From Malacoraja senta (Eukaryota), in the NCBI GenBank assembly GCA_038087875.1, contig CM075989.1, positions 3,534,001 through 3,598,000 on the forward strand: a DNA stretch of 64,000 nucleotides, written 5' to 3'. Below the pieces are notes generated by a model. That model ran no database searches. It saw only the letters and a program-made list of their open reading frames with translations, and was not told the DNA's origin. A program made the translations under genes and the position numbers. This document shows positions 36,450 through 49,724 of the stretch, one piece after another (within the stretch, counting starts at the first letter, position 1; each line of letters starts with the position of its first letter).

Positions 36450-37335
36450 AATGTATTCAGTTCTGGGCACCTTGTTATAGAAAAGATATTGTTGAGTTTG
36501 AAAGGGTTCAGAGAAGATTTATGAAGATGTTGCCAGGACTAGAGGGTCTAAACTATAGGGAGAGGTTGAGTGGGCTGAGTCTCGATTGTTTGGAGCGCAG
36601 GAGGATGAGGGGGGATCTTATAGAGGTGTATAAAATCATGAGAGGAATAGATCGGGTAGACGCACAGAATCTCTTGCCCAGAGTAGTGGAATCGAGGTCC
36701 AGAGGACATAAGTTTAAGGTGAAGGGGAAATGATTTAATAGGAACCTGAGGGGTAACTATTTCACACAAAAGGTGGTGGGTTTATGGAACAAGCTGCCAG
36801 AGGAGGTAGTCGAGGCAGGGACTATCCCAACGTTTAAGAACGAGTTAGACAGGTAATAATAATAATAATAATAGATTTTATTTATATAGCGCTTTTCAGG
36901 ACTCAAAGTCGCTTTACATTGAGAGTCAAGAATAAACAAAACAAAATAGAGCAGTAAGACAGAGATGCAAAGGGGAGGGGAACATGGGACTAAGGGTATG
37001 CAGAGGTGAAGAGATGGGTCTTGAGGCGGGACTGGAAGATGGTGAGGGACTCAGAAATTCAGACCAGTTGTGGGAGGGAATTCCAGAGCCTGGGAGCTGC
37101 CCTGGAGAAGGCTCTGCCTCCAAAAGTGCAGAGGTTTGATTTCGGAGTGGAGAGGAGACCAGCTGATGTGGGTCTGAGGGACCGTGAGGGTTGGTACATG
37201 GTACATGGATAGGACATGTTTGGAGGAATATGGACCAAGCGCAGGCTGGTGTGACTAGTGTAGCTGGGACACGTTGGCCGGTGTGGGCAAGTTGGGCTGA
37301 CGGGCCTGTTTCCACACTGTATCACTCTATGACTC
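36450..37335 (+). mobile_element. CR1 (HER1-like) 3' fragment with nested L2 3' end
   Basis: CR1 LERRRMRGDLIEVYKIMRG is interrupted at GACAGGTA and resumes at about 37200. Confidence 0.9.
36853..37198 (-). mobile_element. L2-clade LINE 3' end
   Basis: FGGRAFSRAAPRLWNSLP, 3' end GTAAAGCGACTTTGAG..AAAGCGCTATATAAATAAA and (TTA)n tail. Confidence 0.9.
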
Positions 37336-37619
37336 TTATCACAAAATTTTACTTGTGGTTGAGCTGAGCATTAGGATCGTTGGCATTCACTTGAATGACA
37401 AGGTGAGGACCAAAATATTCACAATGCAGATTTATCTCAGTCCTGCAGTAATATATCAATATTGATTATGAGCTGAAGTTTCAGCATTGGTCTTTAACTT
37501 ATGAGCATCTGACCACAATGTTCAACCATGTAATTTACACTGATACTAAACTAAATGCATTTTACTTTGCACAAGATCAGACTTGATTTCAATGCAGGAC
37601 CACAGTGCATTTTGCGTCG

Positions 37620-37866
37620 GAGGCACAGTGGCACAGCGGTAGAGTTGCTGCCTTACAGCGCTTACAGTGCCAGCGACCTGGGTTCGATCCTGGCTTTGGG
37701 TGCTTGTCTGTACGGAGTTTGTACGTTGTCCCCGTGATCACGGGGGTTGTCTGAAAATGTAAAAATTGTCCCAAGTGTAGGATAGTGTTAATGCACGGGG
37801 ATCGCTGGACGGCGCGGACTTGGTGGGCCAAAGGGCCTGTTTCCGCGCTATATCTCTAATCTAAAT
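37620..37866 (+). mobile_element. V-SINE with internal deletion
   Basis: Head with a TTACAGCGC duplication, plus tail. Confidence 0.85.
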
Positions 37867-38097
37867 GAAACCCAGTCAACAAGAGTGAACGTAGTGGCAT
37901 ATGCCTCGGGAGGTAGCCGTGACCAGCTGTCCCGTTAATTGAGGCTTACAGAAGCATCACTCTTTTTTTGTTTAATGTGTCTCAGCTTAATCCAAAGGCG
38001 AAGATTAAGGATCATGATACAGGTCTGGTGCACGCTTCAGGATTTGCAGCTGTCAAGCAAATGTGTGTTCAACAAAACAGACCTGTCATGAAATTAT

Positions 38098-38965
38098 AGA
38101 GTCATATAGCACAAAAACATGCCCTTCGGCCCAACTTCCCATGCTGTCAAAGATGCCCCATCTACACTCGCCCCAAATCCCTTAACTTTGCCTATCCATG
38201 TACCTGTCCATGTTTGCCTTTAAATGTAGTTCGTGGCGACTATTTGCATATCTTGTGTATTGTAAGCAAAACAAAGAATTTCACCATGACATGTCACATG
38301 TGATATTAAGTATCAATCAATGAATCAAATCTTCTCTGGTAGCTCGTTCCATACACCCACCTGTGTGCAAAAGTTGTCCCTCGGGTTCTTATTAGATCTC
38401 TCACAATAAGCCAATGTCAATATTCCTTTCATGATCTTGTACACTTCTATAAGTTCACCCCTCACCCTCCTGCGCTCCAAGGAATCAAGTCCTAGCCTGC
38501 TTAACCTCTCCCTATAGCTCAGGCCCTCCAGTCCTGACAACATCCTCATAAATCTTCTCTGCACTCATTCCAGCTTGACAACATCTTTCCTATAACACGG
38601 TGACCAAAACTGAACACAATACTATAAATGTGGCCCCGTCAATGTCTTATACAGCTGTAACATGACCTCTCAACTTCCATACTCAATATTGTGAGTGATG
38701 AAGGGCAAGGTGCCAAAAGCCTTCTTGACCACTCAATCTACCCATGATGCCACTTTGAACGAACTATGTACCTGGACTCCTAAATCCCTCTGCTCTATAA
38801 CCCTTTCCTGAGCCCTGTCCTTCACTGTGTTGGTCCTGCCAGTGGAAGACTGCCCAAAATGCAACACCTCACATTTCTCTGTATTAAATTCCATCAACCA
38901 TTCCTCAGCCCACCTCCCCAACTGATCAAGACCCTGCTGCAATTTTTGACAACCACCTTCATTAT
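38098..38965 (-). mobile_element. CR1 fragment reaching the RT C-terminus
   Basis: LQQGLDQLGRWAEEWLMEFNTEKCEVLHFG..DLGV. Confidence 0.9.
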
Positions 38966-38979
38966 TTACTTGAGTGTCA

Positions 38980-39260
38980 TGAACTGCAGATGCTGGAATC
39001 TCTGGCAAAACATAAAGTGCTGGAGGAACTGAATGGGTCAGGCAGCATCTACGGAGGGAATAGACAGGCGATGCTTTGGATCAGGTGCCTTCTTCGGTCT
39101 GACTGTAGTCGGGGAGGGGGGGAGGCTGGTGAAGAAAGGTGGGGCGGGACAAAGCCTGGCACGTGATAGGTGGACTCGGGTGAAAGGGAGGGGGAGGGGT
39201 GATTCCCAGATGAGTGGAGTAAGCGAGGAAAGCTAGATGTGAAAAGGAGTCAGATAAGGA
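38980..39260 (-). mobile_element. Diverged Penelope pLTR
   Basis: GAACTGCAGATGCTGG..GTGCTGGAGGAACT..GGGTCAGGCAGCATC. Confidence 0.65.
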
Positions 39261-40029
39261 GAGGAGTGAAATGTGAAGCCAGAGGCAGGGATGTGGGTGG
39301 AAGGGAGGTGAGGAAATGGGGGATATGGGGGTGGGGACGTGCGTGTGGAAAGGAGAGGAAAGGAGAATGGTGACCGGGTGTGGGTGGGTGACTGCGACTT
39401 AGATTAATTGAATTAACCCATAAGTATCGTGAAATATATATTTTTTAATTAAAGGCAATACAAATATCTCCTTATTTGATGATTATTTTATAAACCCTTT
39501 ACCGGCTGTAGGGGCATGTTTTAGCAAATGCAATCAACAGGAAAATTACCTCAGTCCAAAGTAATCTTGCTTTTAAATCGAACATTAATGTTCTCTTGTC
39601 ATTGTTAACTGGAGTCTGTTGTTTAATTTAATCTTGTTATTTGTGAGATTATTGATGATCAGGTACACACACTAAAATGATTGATTAATACACATCCAGT
39701 GTTCAATAACTCTGACATTATTTGCCTCAGGCTTTGATTTTGTTTATCCCAGTTTGTATTTGTTCCGACTCCAGTTTCCATTAAGCAAGTTTTACCTTCT
39801 CTGGGTTTACTTTGGATTTGGTTTAAAGGCACAACACAGAAATAGAGATTGCTGCCACCTTGGTCTTGTTGCTTACGCATGGAGAATAAGCGAAGGGACA
39901 AATGTACTAAGTATTCAGGGGTGAGAAGATAGATGGATGAGTAGATAAATCACTCTGATAATGGGAGAAGAGAAGCAAACATGAAGGGAGCACAAGAGAG
40001 GAAACTGTACCACCAGTATCATCCAAATC

Positions 40030-41820
40030 AGACAATAGACAATAGACAATAGGAGCAGGAGTAAGCCATTTGGCCCTTCGAGCCAGCACCGCCATTCAAT
40101 GTGTTCATGGCTGATCATCCCCAATCAGTTCCCCGTTCCTGCCTTCTCCACATATCCCCTGACTCTGCTATTTTTAAGAGCCCTATCTAACTCTCTCTTG
40201 AAAGCGTCCAGAGAACCTACTGCCCTCTGAGGCAGAGAATTCCACAGACAAATCAGGTACAGTTTGGGGGCAAAATCAGGTTTAAAATGTTAAATGTAGT
40301 TTCATCACCAATGGCAGTTCTCTGTATCTTCTCCCTGACTGCCCACTCTGTCATGTATGATTGCCTTTCAAACTAGAGATTATAGACTGAGTTTACTGTC
40401 TCTGCCTTGTTATGTAAAGCAGCAGCACAGTGGCACAGCTTGCTCACAGCACCAGAGACTCGGGTTTGAACACGTCCTCCGGTGCTGTCTGTGTGGAGTT
40501 TGCAAGTTCTCCCTGTGACCACATGGGTTTCTTCCCCTCACATCCCAAAGACGTGCGGGCTTGTAGGTTAATTGGCCTCTGAAAATTGCCCCCAGTCAGG
40601 AGGGAGCAGATGAGAAAGTGGGATAACATAGAACTCGGTGAACGGGTGATCGATGGTCGGCCTGGACTCGGTGGGCCGAAGGGCCTGTTTCCATGCTGTA
40701 TCTTTCAATCAATATACATCCTTCGATACATATAAAACATATACAAATATAATGTCGGCCTTATTTATTGTTAAATGGTTCTTCAGTAGTTTTATCCCTT
40801 CATTAGATCAACACAGAATGAAAGTGTAGCAAAAAGACTAGTTCTGTGAGGGTATTCAATATTACCATAACTGGATTTCAACCCAACCTCTCCACATGTC
40901 CTTTGATTCGTTCTGTGCTAAATATCCTATTGATCTCAGTGTTGAATATTTTCAACTGTTGCATTAGGTAGAGAATTCCAGTGAGTCACAATGAAAAATC
41001 TAATTCTTCATAACTCAGGACATCATGTGAAAGTAAGTGTGGCTTACATTTAGAAGGGCTTGTTTGATTGATAGAAAAATACAGCAGGGAAACAGGCCCT
41101 TCGGCCCACCATCCAATGCAGCCAATTAACCTGCAAACCCGCACGTCTTTGGGATGTGGATGAAACTGGAGCACATGAAGGAAACCCACACGGTCACAGG
41201 GAGAACATGGAGACATCAGCTGAATAAAGTAGAGAATTGCAGAAAGTCACAGATCACTCTTGTCCCATTATAAGAGAGATTGATCTACTTACTCATCTAT
41301 TGAGGCAGCACGGTGGCGCAGCGGTAGAGTTGCTGCCTTACAGCGCCAGGGACCCGGGTTCGATCCTGACTACAGGTGCTGTCTGTACAGAGTTTGTACG
41401 TTCTCCCTGTGACCACGTGGGTTTTCTCCGGGTGCTCTGGTTTCCTCCCACATTCCAAAGACGTACAGGTTTGTAGGTTAATTGGCTTTGATAAAAATTG
41501 TAAATTGTCTCTAGTGTGTAGGATAGTGCTAGCGTACATAGATCGTTGGTCGGCACAGACACGGTGGACCGAAGGGTCTGTTTCCGAGCTGTACCTCTAA
41601 ACTAATCAAAATCTCCTCACCCTTGAATACTTGGTACATTTGTCCCTTTGTGCATTCCCTTGTTAGCCACAAGAAGGATGAGGCAGGAATCTCCATCTCT
41701 TAATCTCTTTCTGAACATCAGATGAGTCTGAAGAAGGGTCTCGACCTGAAACGTAACCTATTCCTTCACTCCATAGATGCTGCCTCACCCGCTGAGTTTC
41801 TCCAGCATTTTTGTCTATAT
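40030..41820. mobile_element. CR1 3' UTR (-), V-SINEs (+ 40420-40712, - 41060-41212, + 41303-41605) and pLTR with hammerhead (+ 41728-41755)
   Basis: Family motifs. Confidence 0.8.
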
Positions 41821-42104
41821 CAGATACATACACACACCTTCTCCCTCTCCAATTCCTCATGACTCAGTACTAAAGCATGTGAACAGAGTGCAGTTTAGAC
41901 ACTCTGCTGGTAGAAGAAGGGCTTGGTTGTACTTCAAAGCAGAGTTCAATGCAAAGGATGGCCTGTATATTCTGAAGCAGAGAAGATGTGGAGGGAAACA
42001 GTAGCAATCAGTCTCAAGAGGGGTACCCACCTGACAGGTCGCCCATCCATGTCCTGCAGAAATGTTGCATGACCCGCTGAGTGAATCCAACATGTTGTGT
42101 TATT

Positions 42105-42590
42105 GAGTCATACAGTGTGGATACAAACCCTTCACCCCAACTTGCCCACACCGACCAATGTGTCCCATCCACACTAGTCCCACTTGCCTGCGTTTAGCCC
42201 ATAACCCTCTATACCTGTCCTATCCATGTACCTGTCTAATTGCTTCTTGAACGTTGCGATAGTCCCAGCCTCAACTACCCCCTCCGGCGGCTCGTTCCAT
42301 ACACCCACCACCCTTTACATGTGAAAAAGTTACCCCTCAGATTCTTATAAAATCTTTCCCCCTTCACCTTAAACCTATGTCCTCAGGTTCTCAATTTCCT
42401 TACTCTGGACAAGAGGGTCTGCACATCTACCCAATCTATTCCTCTCATGATTTTATACACCTCTACAAGATCACCCCTCATCCTCCTGTACTCCAGGGAA
42501 TAGATTCCCAACCTCTCCCTGTAGCTCAGACTTTTGAGTCATGGCAACATCCTTGTAAATCTTCTCCGCACCCTTTCCAACTTAACAACA
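42105..42590 (-). mobile_element. CR1 (HER1-like) 3' fragment
   Basis: Similar to 25018-25480. Confidence 0.88.
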
Positions 42591-42884
42591 TGTGTCATTG
42601 CCTTTGTAAGCCAGCATCTGCAGTTCCTTCTGTCCACATAATCATTAACCTAATGAGTAGGTTCCAACAGGAAAGCAGATCGGCCACTCTGATCTGCTGA
42701 CGACAGAACTAGTATCCGACAAGCTTTATAATCCCTCTTCATAATCTGTCCATTGCCCCGCCCAACAACAACACTCCTTCCGTCCCTCACAGCCATGTTT
42801 GTTCCATTTGCTCTCAAAGGGGTTAAAACAGCTAAAATCGGTTTAAACATTGCCAAATTATGGTATTTGTTTTTCTTTAATCAG

Positions 42885-42892
42885 TCTCCAAG
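42885..42892 (+). other. Candidate 8-nt microexon (TCTCCAAG)
   Basis: TTTTTCTTTAATCAG acceptor and AAG|GTAACC donor. Confidence 0.3.
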
Positions 42893-43168
42893 GTAACCAT
42901 ATCAGGTTTTTTTATAAATACCATCCTCGATCTTGTTTGGTTTTTGGTTTCTCCCTTATTCTGAGCATTCCTGACGGTCACGGTGCCTCTCTTGTTCTCT
43001 CTTTGGGTTGCATGTGCTATTTCTGGCTCTTCTTTACCCCTCCACATCTCCCCCTTGTCCATTCCCCCGTCACTTGCCGCCTTTGTCTCTTTTCTCCCTG
43101 TGCCGTTTCATTTGTCGCCTTTGCTTCCCACCTTTTCAATCCTGTGTGTTTGGTTTCCCCACAACCAG

Positions 43169-43247
43169 ATGCCTCTTGCAAAGCTCACAGGCTCAAAGAA
43201 CTGACTGCACACAGCCAAGAGGAGGTCCCTCGATGCACCCTCTAAAG
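43169..43247 (+). other. Candidate 79-nt internal exon
   Basis: CAG acceptor after a 201-nt AG-free pyrimidine tract, CTGAC branch motif at 42971, AAG|GTTAGT donor, TGCATG on both sides. Confidence 0.6.
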
Positions 43248-43824
43248 GTTAGTCTGAATATATTTTGTCATTCTGCTGTTTGAGCTGTAATTATCGTTGC
43301 TTGGTTCCTAGGTAACCTCAGTCACAGCTCTAAAGCCTCTTGGCCTTCTTGTGTATGAGTGCATGTCATATTTCTAATTAAATAAATATATTCTGTCCAG
43401 GGAAGATTACATTGTTAACGGATTTTGCTGCAGCCTTGACAATCATGTCCGGTCTCTATTTGTTTTAACCTCTCTATCCATACGTCAAGAGTCAAGAGTG
43501 TTTTATTGTCATGTGTCCCAGGCAGAACAATGACATTCGTACTTGCAGCAGCACAACAGAATATGTAAACATAGTACTCGGTAAACAACATAAAAAACAA
43601 GGAAAAAAAAGTTCAGTATAAATATATATACATTATATACACAATATATACACATATATATAAATATCTACATAAGATAGACAGAAAATACTGGAGTAAC
43701 TCAACGGTCAGCATCTCTGGAGAGAAGGAATGGGTGACGTTTTGTGTCAAGACACTTCTTGAGACTTACATATGTATCTTACATAAATTCAAACATATAT
43801 ATATATATATACACATACAGATAG

Positions 43825-45768
43825 AGATACAGTGTTGAAACAGGCCCTTCGGCTCAACTTGCCCACACTGACCAACATGTCCCACCTAACATCCCACCGG
43901 CCTGCGTTTGGCCCATATCCCTCTAAACTTGTCCTATCCATGTTCCTGTCTAAATGTTTCTGAAACATCAGGATAGTCCCAGCCTCAACTACCTCACCTG
44001 GCAGCTTGTTCCACACACCCACCACCCTTTGTGTGAAAAAATTACCCCTCAGATTCCTATTAAATCCTTTCCTCGTCACCTTAAACCAATGTCCTCTGGT
44101 CCTCGATTCCCCTGCTCTGGTCAAGAGACTGTGCGTCTTTTGTTGGGTGCTAACCAGTCAGTGGAAGTACAATACATGGTTACAATCGAGCCATGCACAG
44201 TATACACATGCATGATAAAGGGAATAACGTGAATATCATAGTTAAAGAATGAAATGTTGCTGTCTTAATGGAGATTTAAAACAGTGGAGCGATTGTAATG
44301 CGTGATTGCAGATTCACTTCTGTGACCAGCACACAAAGAATCGTCTGGCTTGGGCGCCATCTTGGATTACAGGAACAGGGTTTGTATTTCAGGCCAACTA
44401 CCTTTCATCAGCACGTTACAGATTTACAACATTTGGGGTATTTTGCTTTTGAAAGATCAGAACTGCCCTGTTGAATGGCTGACTCTCATTCCATACTTTG
44501 TAATGATGTGATGTGGATGCCTCAAGGAGAAGGCTTCTTCCATTCCTCTTCATCTGCTTGAGGAGATGAACCTGGTGAAGTGGAGGTTCACTGCCAACAG
44601 CCGTCCTTGGCAACAACCACCTTGCACATTTGGATACCTAGCACACGTTCAACCTTGACCAGCAAGGTTGGCAGCACGAAGGCGTAGCTGCAGAGCTACT
44701 ACCTTACAGCGTGAGAGTCTCAGGTTCAATCCTGACTTCGGGTGCTTGTCTGTACGGAGTTTGTATGTTCTCCCCGTGACCTGTGTGGGTTTTCTCCAAG
44801 AGCTTTGGTTTCCTCCCACGCTCCAAAGACGTACGGGTTTGTAGTCTAATTGGCTTGGTATAAATGTATAAATGTATAATTATCCCGAGTATGTGTAGGG
44901 TAGTGTTAATGTGCGGTGATCGCTGGTCGGTGCGGACTCAGTGGGCCGAATGGCCTGTTTCCACACTGTATCTCTAAACTAAACTAAACTAAATCATCGC
45001 TGCTGAGTCAGAGTCTGCTTTCTTCCAGTGAGAATGAGCCACCATTTACTGCTCACCTTCAGATACAATATAGTAAGCTTGCAGACCATAGAACATAGTT
45101 GAATCTAATTCAAGGGCTTACCACAAGAGGGTTGCTTGAGCTGCAGCGACCCCTAATGACATTGGTTCAATGTGTTCAACATGTCAAGGCATAAGGTCAG
45201 AGGGGCAAGGTTCAACGGAGATGTGCAGGGCAGGTTTTTAAACGGAGAGTGCTGGGTATCTGGAACGTGCTGCCAGGGGTGGTGGTGGAGGGTGGTGGAG
45301 TCTACTTAAGATGCTCTTAAGTGGACTCATGGATATGTAGGGAATGGAGGGATATGGAACATGTGCAGGCAGAGGGAATTAACTTGGCATCATGAACGGC
45401 CCCGACACTGGGCCGCAGGGCTGATTCCTGTGCTGTTCTGTTCTATGTTCCATGTGTAATAGTTTACTTTCGTTTAGCTTAGTTCAGCTACAGCGCGGAA
45501 ACAGGCCCTACCGCCCACCACACCGACCAGCGATCACCCCGTACACTCGCACTATCCTACACATTAGGGACAATTTCCAATTTTACCGAAGCTAATTAAC
45601 CTACAAACCTGTACGTCTGTGGAGTATGGGAGGAAACCGGAGCACCCGGAGAAAACCCATGTGGTCAGAAGGAAATATGTACAAACTCAGTACAGGCAGC
45701 ACAATATAGTCAGGATCAAACCCAGGTTTCTGGCAGCAACTCTCTACCGCTGCACCACCATGCTGCCC
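43825..45768. mobile_element. CR1 (- 43825-44130), V-SINE (+ 44670-44993), CR1 (+ 45180-45450) and V-SINE (- 45462-45768)
   Basis: Family motifs. Confidence 0.82.
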
Positions 45769-46569
45769 TTAATCATATATCATATTTAATTTCTTAAACA
45801 TTACGTAATTGCATTACTCTGGGATTGGGGTCATTACTGACCCAGAACAGGTAAGGATTCATAGATGACCTCTGTACAGAATAATATCATGGATTTACTG
45901 AGTCATAGATCGTGGACACAGACCCTTTGACCCACTGAGTCTGTACAACCATCAAGTGTTCACAAACACTATTCCCATTTTTCTAATTCTCTCTGGATTC
46001 CCATCACATTCCCTGTGATTCTACCTCACCTTCAATGTTTTGCAAACGGCATTCATAAGTCATAGGAGCAGAATTAGGCCATTCGGCCCATCAAGCCTAC
46101 CCCGCCATTCAATCATGGCTGATCTATCTTTCCCTCTCAATCCCATTCTCCAGCCTTCTCCCCATTACCCCTGGTACCAAATTTTATTTTTAAATAAAGC
46201 AAACTCTAATTCGCAAGCTGCCACGGTGGGGCTTGATCTCGATGTAGCCCCGAAACACAATGACTTGTTGCTGGGTGGGAGCGTGCGTCAGACACCTCCA
46301 ATAACACCCACCAATAAATCAGTCCGTTACCAGGGCTGCTCTGGTGTAATCCTGTGAATAGCAAGCTCTCTGTAATTAAAAAAAGATGCACCTCAGGGCT
46401 CAGCTTTCTGGGCTTGTCAGGGGAAGGAGAGTGATAAAAGAGATGAAGTACTTCGACACCTGGCAACCGGAGTGGCAGAGTTGCCGCACAGTGACGCAGG
46501 CACTCTCTCGCCCCACACCACCAGTGCAGTCTCACACTTGCTGCATGTCTGTGATAGAATGAATGAATG

Positions 46570-46996
46570 CACAAGAAGGAACTGCAGATGCTGGAAAATC
46601 GAAGGCAGACGAAATTGCTGGAGAAACTCAGCGGGTGCGGCAGCATCTATGGAGCGAAGGAAATAGGCAACGTTTCGGGCCGAAACCCTCCTCCATGGCC
46701 AGAGTGAGCACCACAGGAAATCGGAGGAGCAGCACCTGATCTGCACCCCACTGGCCTGAACATTGACCTCCAATTTCCGGTAGCCCTTGCTGTCTCCTCC
46801 CCTTCTCAGCTCTCCCTCAGCCCTCTAGCTCCTCCTCTTCCTTTCTCCTTCCCGCCCCCCCCACCCTGCATCAGTCTGAAGAAGGGTTTTGGCCCGAAAC
46901 GTTGTCTATTTCCTTCACTACATAGATGCTGCCGCACCCGCTGAGTTTCTCGAGCAATTTTGTCTACCTTCGATTTTCCAGCATCTGCAGTTCCAT
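46570..46996 (+). mobile_element. Truncated Penelope insertion: inverted pLTR, ORF 3' end, direct pLTR
   Basis: EEQHLI..HP-GLNID remnant lies between inverted copies. Hammerhead motif at 46876-46903. Confidence 0.8.
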
Positions 46997-47144
46997 AGAA
47001 TGAATGCAGCCTGGGACAGAATAGATGCTTCTGCAAGCAGTGACATCCGAGAACTGGTGCAAAATGTACCGATGCTGCAACCAGGCATTTCTGGGTACTC
47101 CTGACCAACACAGTGTGAATGGGTGCAATTTCAGAATCCTGTTT

Positions 47145-47790
47145 AGATTTATTACGGTCACGTGTACCGAGGCACAGTGGAAAGTCTTGTTTTGCATGTT
47201 ATTCAATCAGATCAGACAATATCGCACATAAATACAATAATGTCAAACTCCAGTACAATAGGCAGAGCGAAGGGGAAGATACAGAGTGCAGAATATAGTT
47301 CTCAGCATTGTCGCGCATCAGTTCCACAGACAAAGTCCAATGTCCTCAACGGTGTAGAGGTGAATCGGACAGTACCCTAACTTATGGAAGGACCGTTCAG
47401 AAGCCTGATAACAGAGGGGAAGAAGCTGTTCCTGAGTGTGGTGGTGCGTACTTTCAAGATTCTGTACCTTCTGCCGGACGGGAGTGGGGAGAAGAAGGAA
47501 TGGGACAAGACTTTGATTATGTTGGCTACTTTTTGGCGGCAGAAGGAGTAAATGGTGGGATGTCCGGTTTGTGTGACAGACTGGGCTAGGTCCACAGCTC
47601 TCTGCAATTTCTGAAGATAGACAGAAAATGCTGGAGCAACTCAGCGGGACAGGCAGCATCTCTGCCTGTCCAGCTGAGTTACTCCAGCATTTTGTGTCTG
47701 ACTTCGGTTTAAACCAGCATCTGCGGTTCCTTCCCACACATTTCTCTGCAATTTCTTGTGGTCTTGGGCAGAGCTGTTCCCAAACCAATC
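47145..47790 (-). mobile_element. Rex1/Babar-type LINE 3' end with nested pLTR fold-back (about 47611-47741)
   Basis: LPSGRRYRILKVRTTTLRNSFFPSVIRLLN. TCTCTGCAATTTCT is repeated on both sides of the insert. Confidence 0.85.
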
Positions 47791-48204
47791 TGAAAATAGA
47801 ACTGAAATGAGTCAGATTTCTCGACCCGGAACGTCGCCTATTCCTTCACTCCATAGACGCTGCCTCACCCGCTGAGTTCCACTTAGAAAATGGTTGCTTT
47901 CCCTGGGAAGGGGTTGTAGCTTTTATACACATTTTTAGATATGGCATTGATGCTGTTTCATATCCTTTGGAGAAGGTTAAAAACATGATTCACATCCATA
48001 TAGCACCTTTAAAGTAGGAATACATCCTCGTGTACTTCATTGTTATTCAGTAAAATATTGACTTTGCAATATAACTGGGAAAACTGACTAAACACTTCAC
48101 CTAGTCTGAGCTGAAATGGGGAAAGGTGGAAGGGATTAAGAAGAGAATTCATGAGTTTATGAAGTAGGCAGTCAAATGTCCAGTCACCAATTTCAAAGAA
48201 TATA

Positions 48205-49045
48205 GGACATAGAACAGTACAGCACAGGAACAGGCCCTTCGGCCCACAATGTTTGTGCTGAAGATGATGCCGTTAAACTAAATCCCATCTGCCTGCACAT
48301 GATACGATACGATATGTTATGATAAAACTTTATTCATCCCAGGAGGGAAATTGGTCTGCCTCGATGATCCATATCCTTCCATTCCCTACATATCCATTTG
48401 CCCATCTAAAAGCCGTTTAGACACCACCATCGTATCTTCCTCCACCACCACCCCTGGCAGCACGTTCCAGGCACCCACCCCTCTCTCTGTAAAACAATGT
48501 GTCCCGCACATCTTTGCTCCTCTCACTTTAAAGTAAAGCCCTTTAGTCTTTGTCATTTCCACCCTGGGCCAAGGGTTCAGATGGTCCACCCTATTTATGC
48601 CTCGGATTTTTATCTACTTCTCTCAGATCGCCCCTCAGCTTCCAACGTTCCCGAGAAATGAAAATCAAAGATGTGCCAGAATTATGGGATGACAAAAAAA
48701 TCGTAAAGACCAGCAGTGTTGTAGGTGTGGGGTTACCAAGGCTTTGAAAAAAGGGTGACAGCGGTGGAATTGCTGCTTTACAGCGCCAGAGACCCGGGTT
48801 CGATCCTGATTACGGATGCTGTCTGTACGTTCTCCCCGTGACCGCGTGGGTTTTCTCCAGTTGCGCCAGTTTCCTTCCACATTCCAAAGACGTACAGGTT
48901 TGTTGGCTAATTGGCTTCGGTAAAAGTGTAAATTTTTCCTTTGTGTGTTGGATAGTGCCAGTGTGCGGGGATCACTAGTCGGCGCAGACTCGATGGGCCG
49001 AAGGGCCTGTTTCCGCGCTGCATCTCTAAAGTCTAAAATCTAAAT
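48205..49045. mobile_element. CR1 (- 48205-48660) and V-SINE (+ 48755-49045)
   Basis: Family motifs. Confidence 0.82.
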
Positions 49046-49724
49046 CTCAGAGGGTTATGAGGCTGGAGAGGCAATGGAGAGGGTTGGTGTCTTTGAAGGT
49101 GGCGACAATTGTCCACAAAGCAGGACTGTAGTGAACTTGATCAAAGTAAATACTGAAGCAATAGGTCTAAAACCTTTAAACCAGCATCTGCAGTCCCTTC
49201 TAACACATTTTATGAACACTAGGTGTCTGTTGGTTATGGGAGATTTAGAGTTCAACAGTTTCAAAATCCTCATCGCTGGGCTTCTGCTCATATATTTTTA
49301 TGCTGATTAATATTTAAGCGCATTTACAGTATACACTTTCCCTTATGTCCACATAAAAATGTAGGAGCTGGTCAAATGAGCCAAATGAGCCTTGTAAATC
49401 GACATTTTGTTTCTCTGCGGCAACGTGTATTTTACACACACAACCTCCCGCAAGAGTTCAGTGGAGTTTACATTCATTGCAGAATGCATTGACGGTTCTT
49501 TTACTGCTCTTTGGACTCTTTGTCCACCAGCTATGATTTAAAATTTAAACTCTTTCTCTACCATCGTCAGGATTGCATGCATTGTGTGTGTGTTCCTCCG
49601 CAGCTTTCCTAGACGATGATTCTCACAGCGGCTGTCTCTCTTTGTTCACTCGCTCTCACTCTTTTGATCAAATCACTTATTTCTCTGTTATTCACGCCCA
49701 CAATAAAATGCAGTTATCCTTCTC

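Noticed and set aside
27301..43247. Assigning a gene name (e.g. SNAP25, complexin, BDNF) to the putative neuronal gene
   Set aside because: No recognisable coding exon in the window; naming would be a guess.
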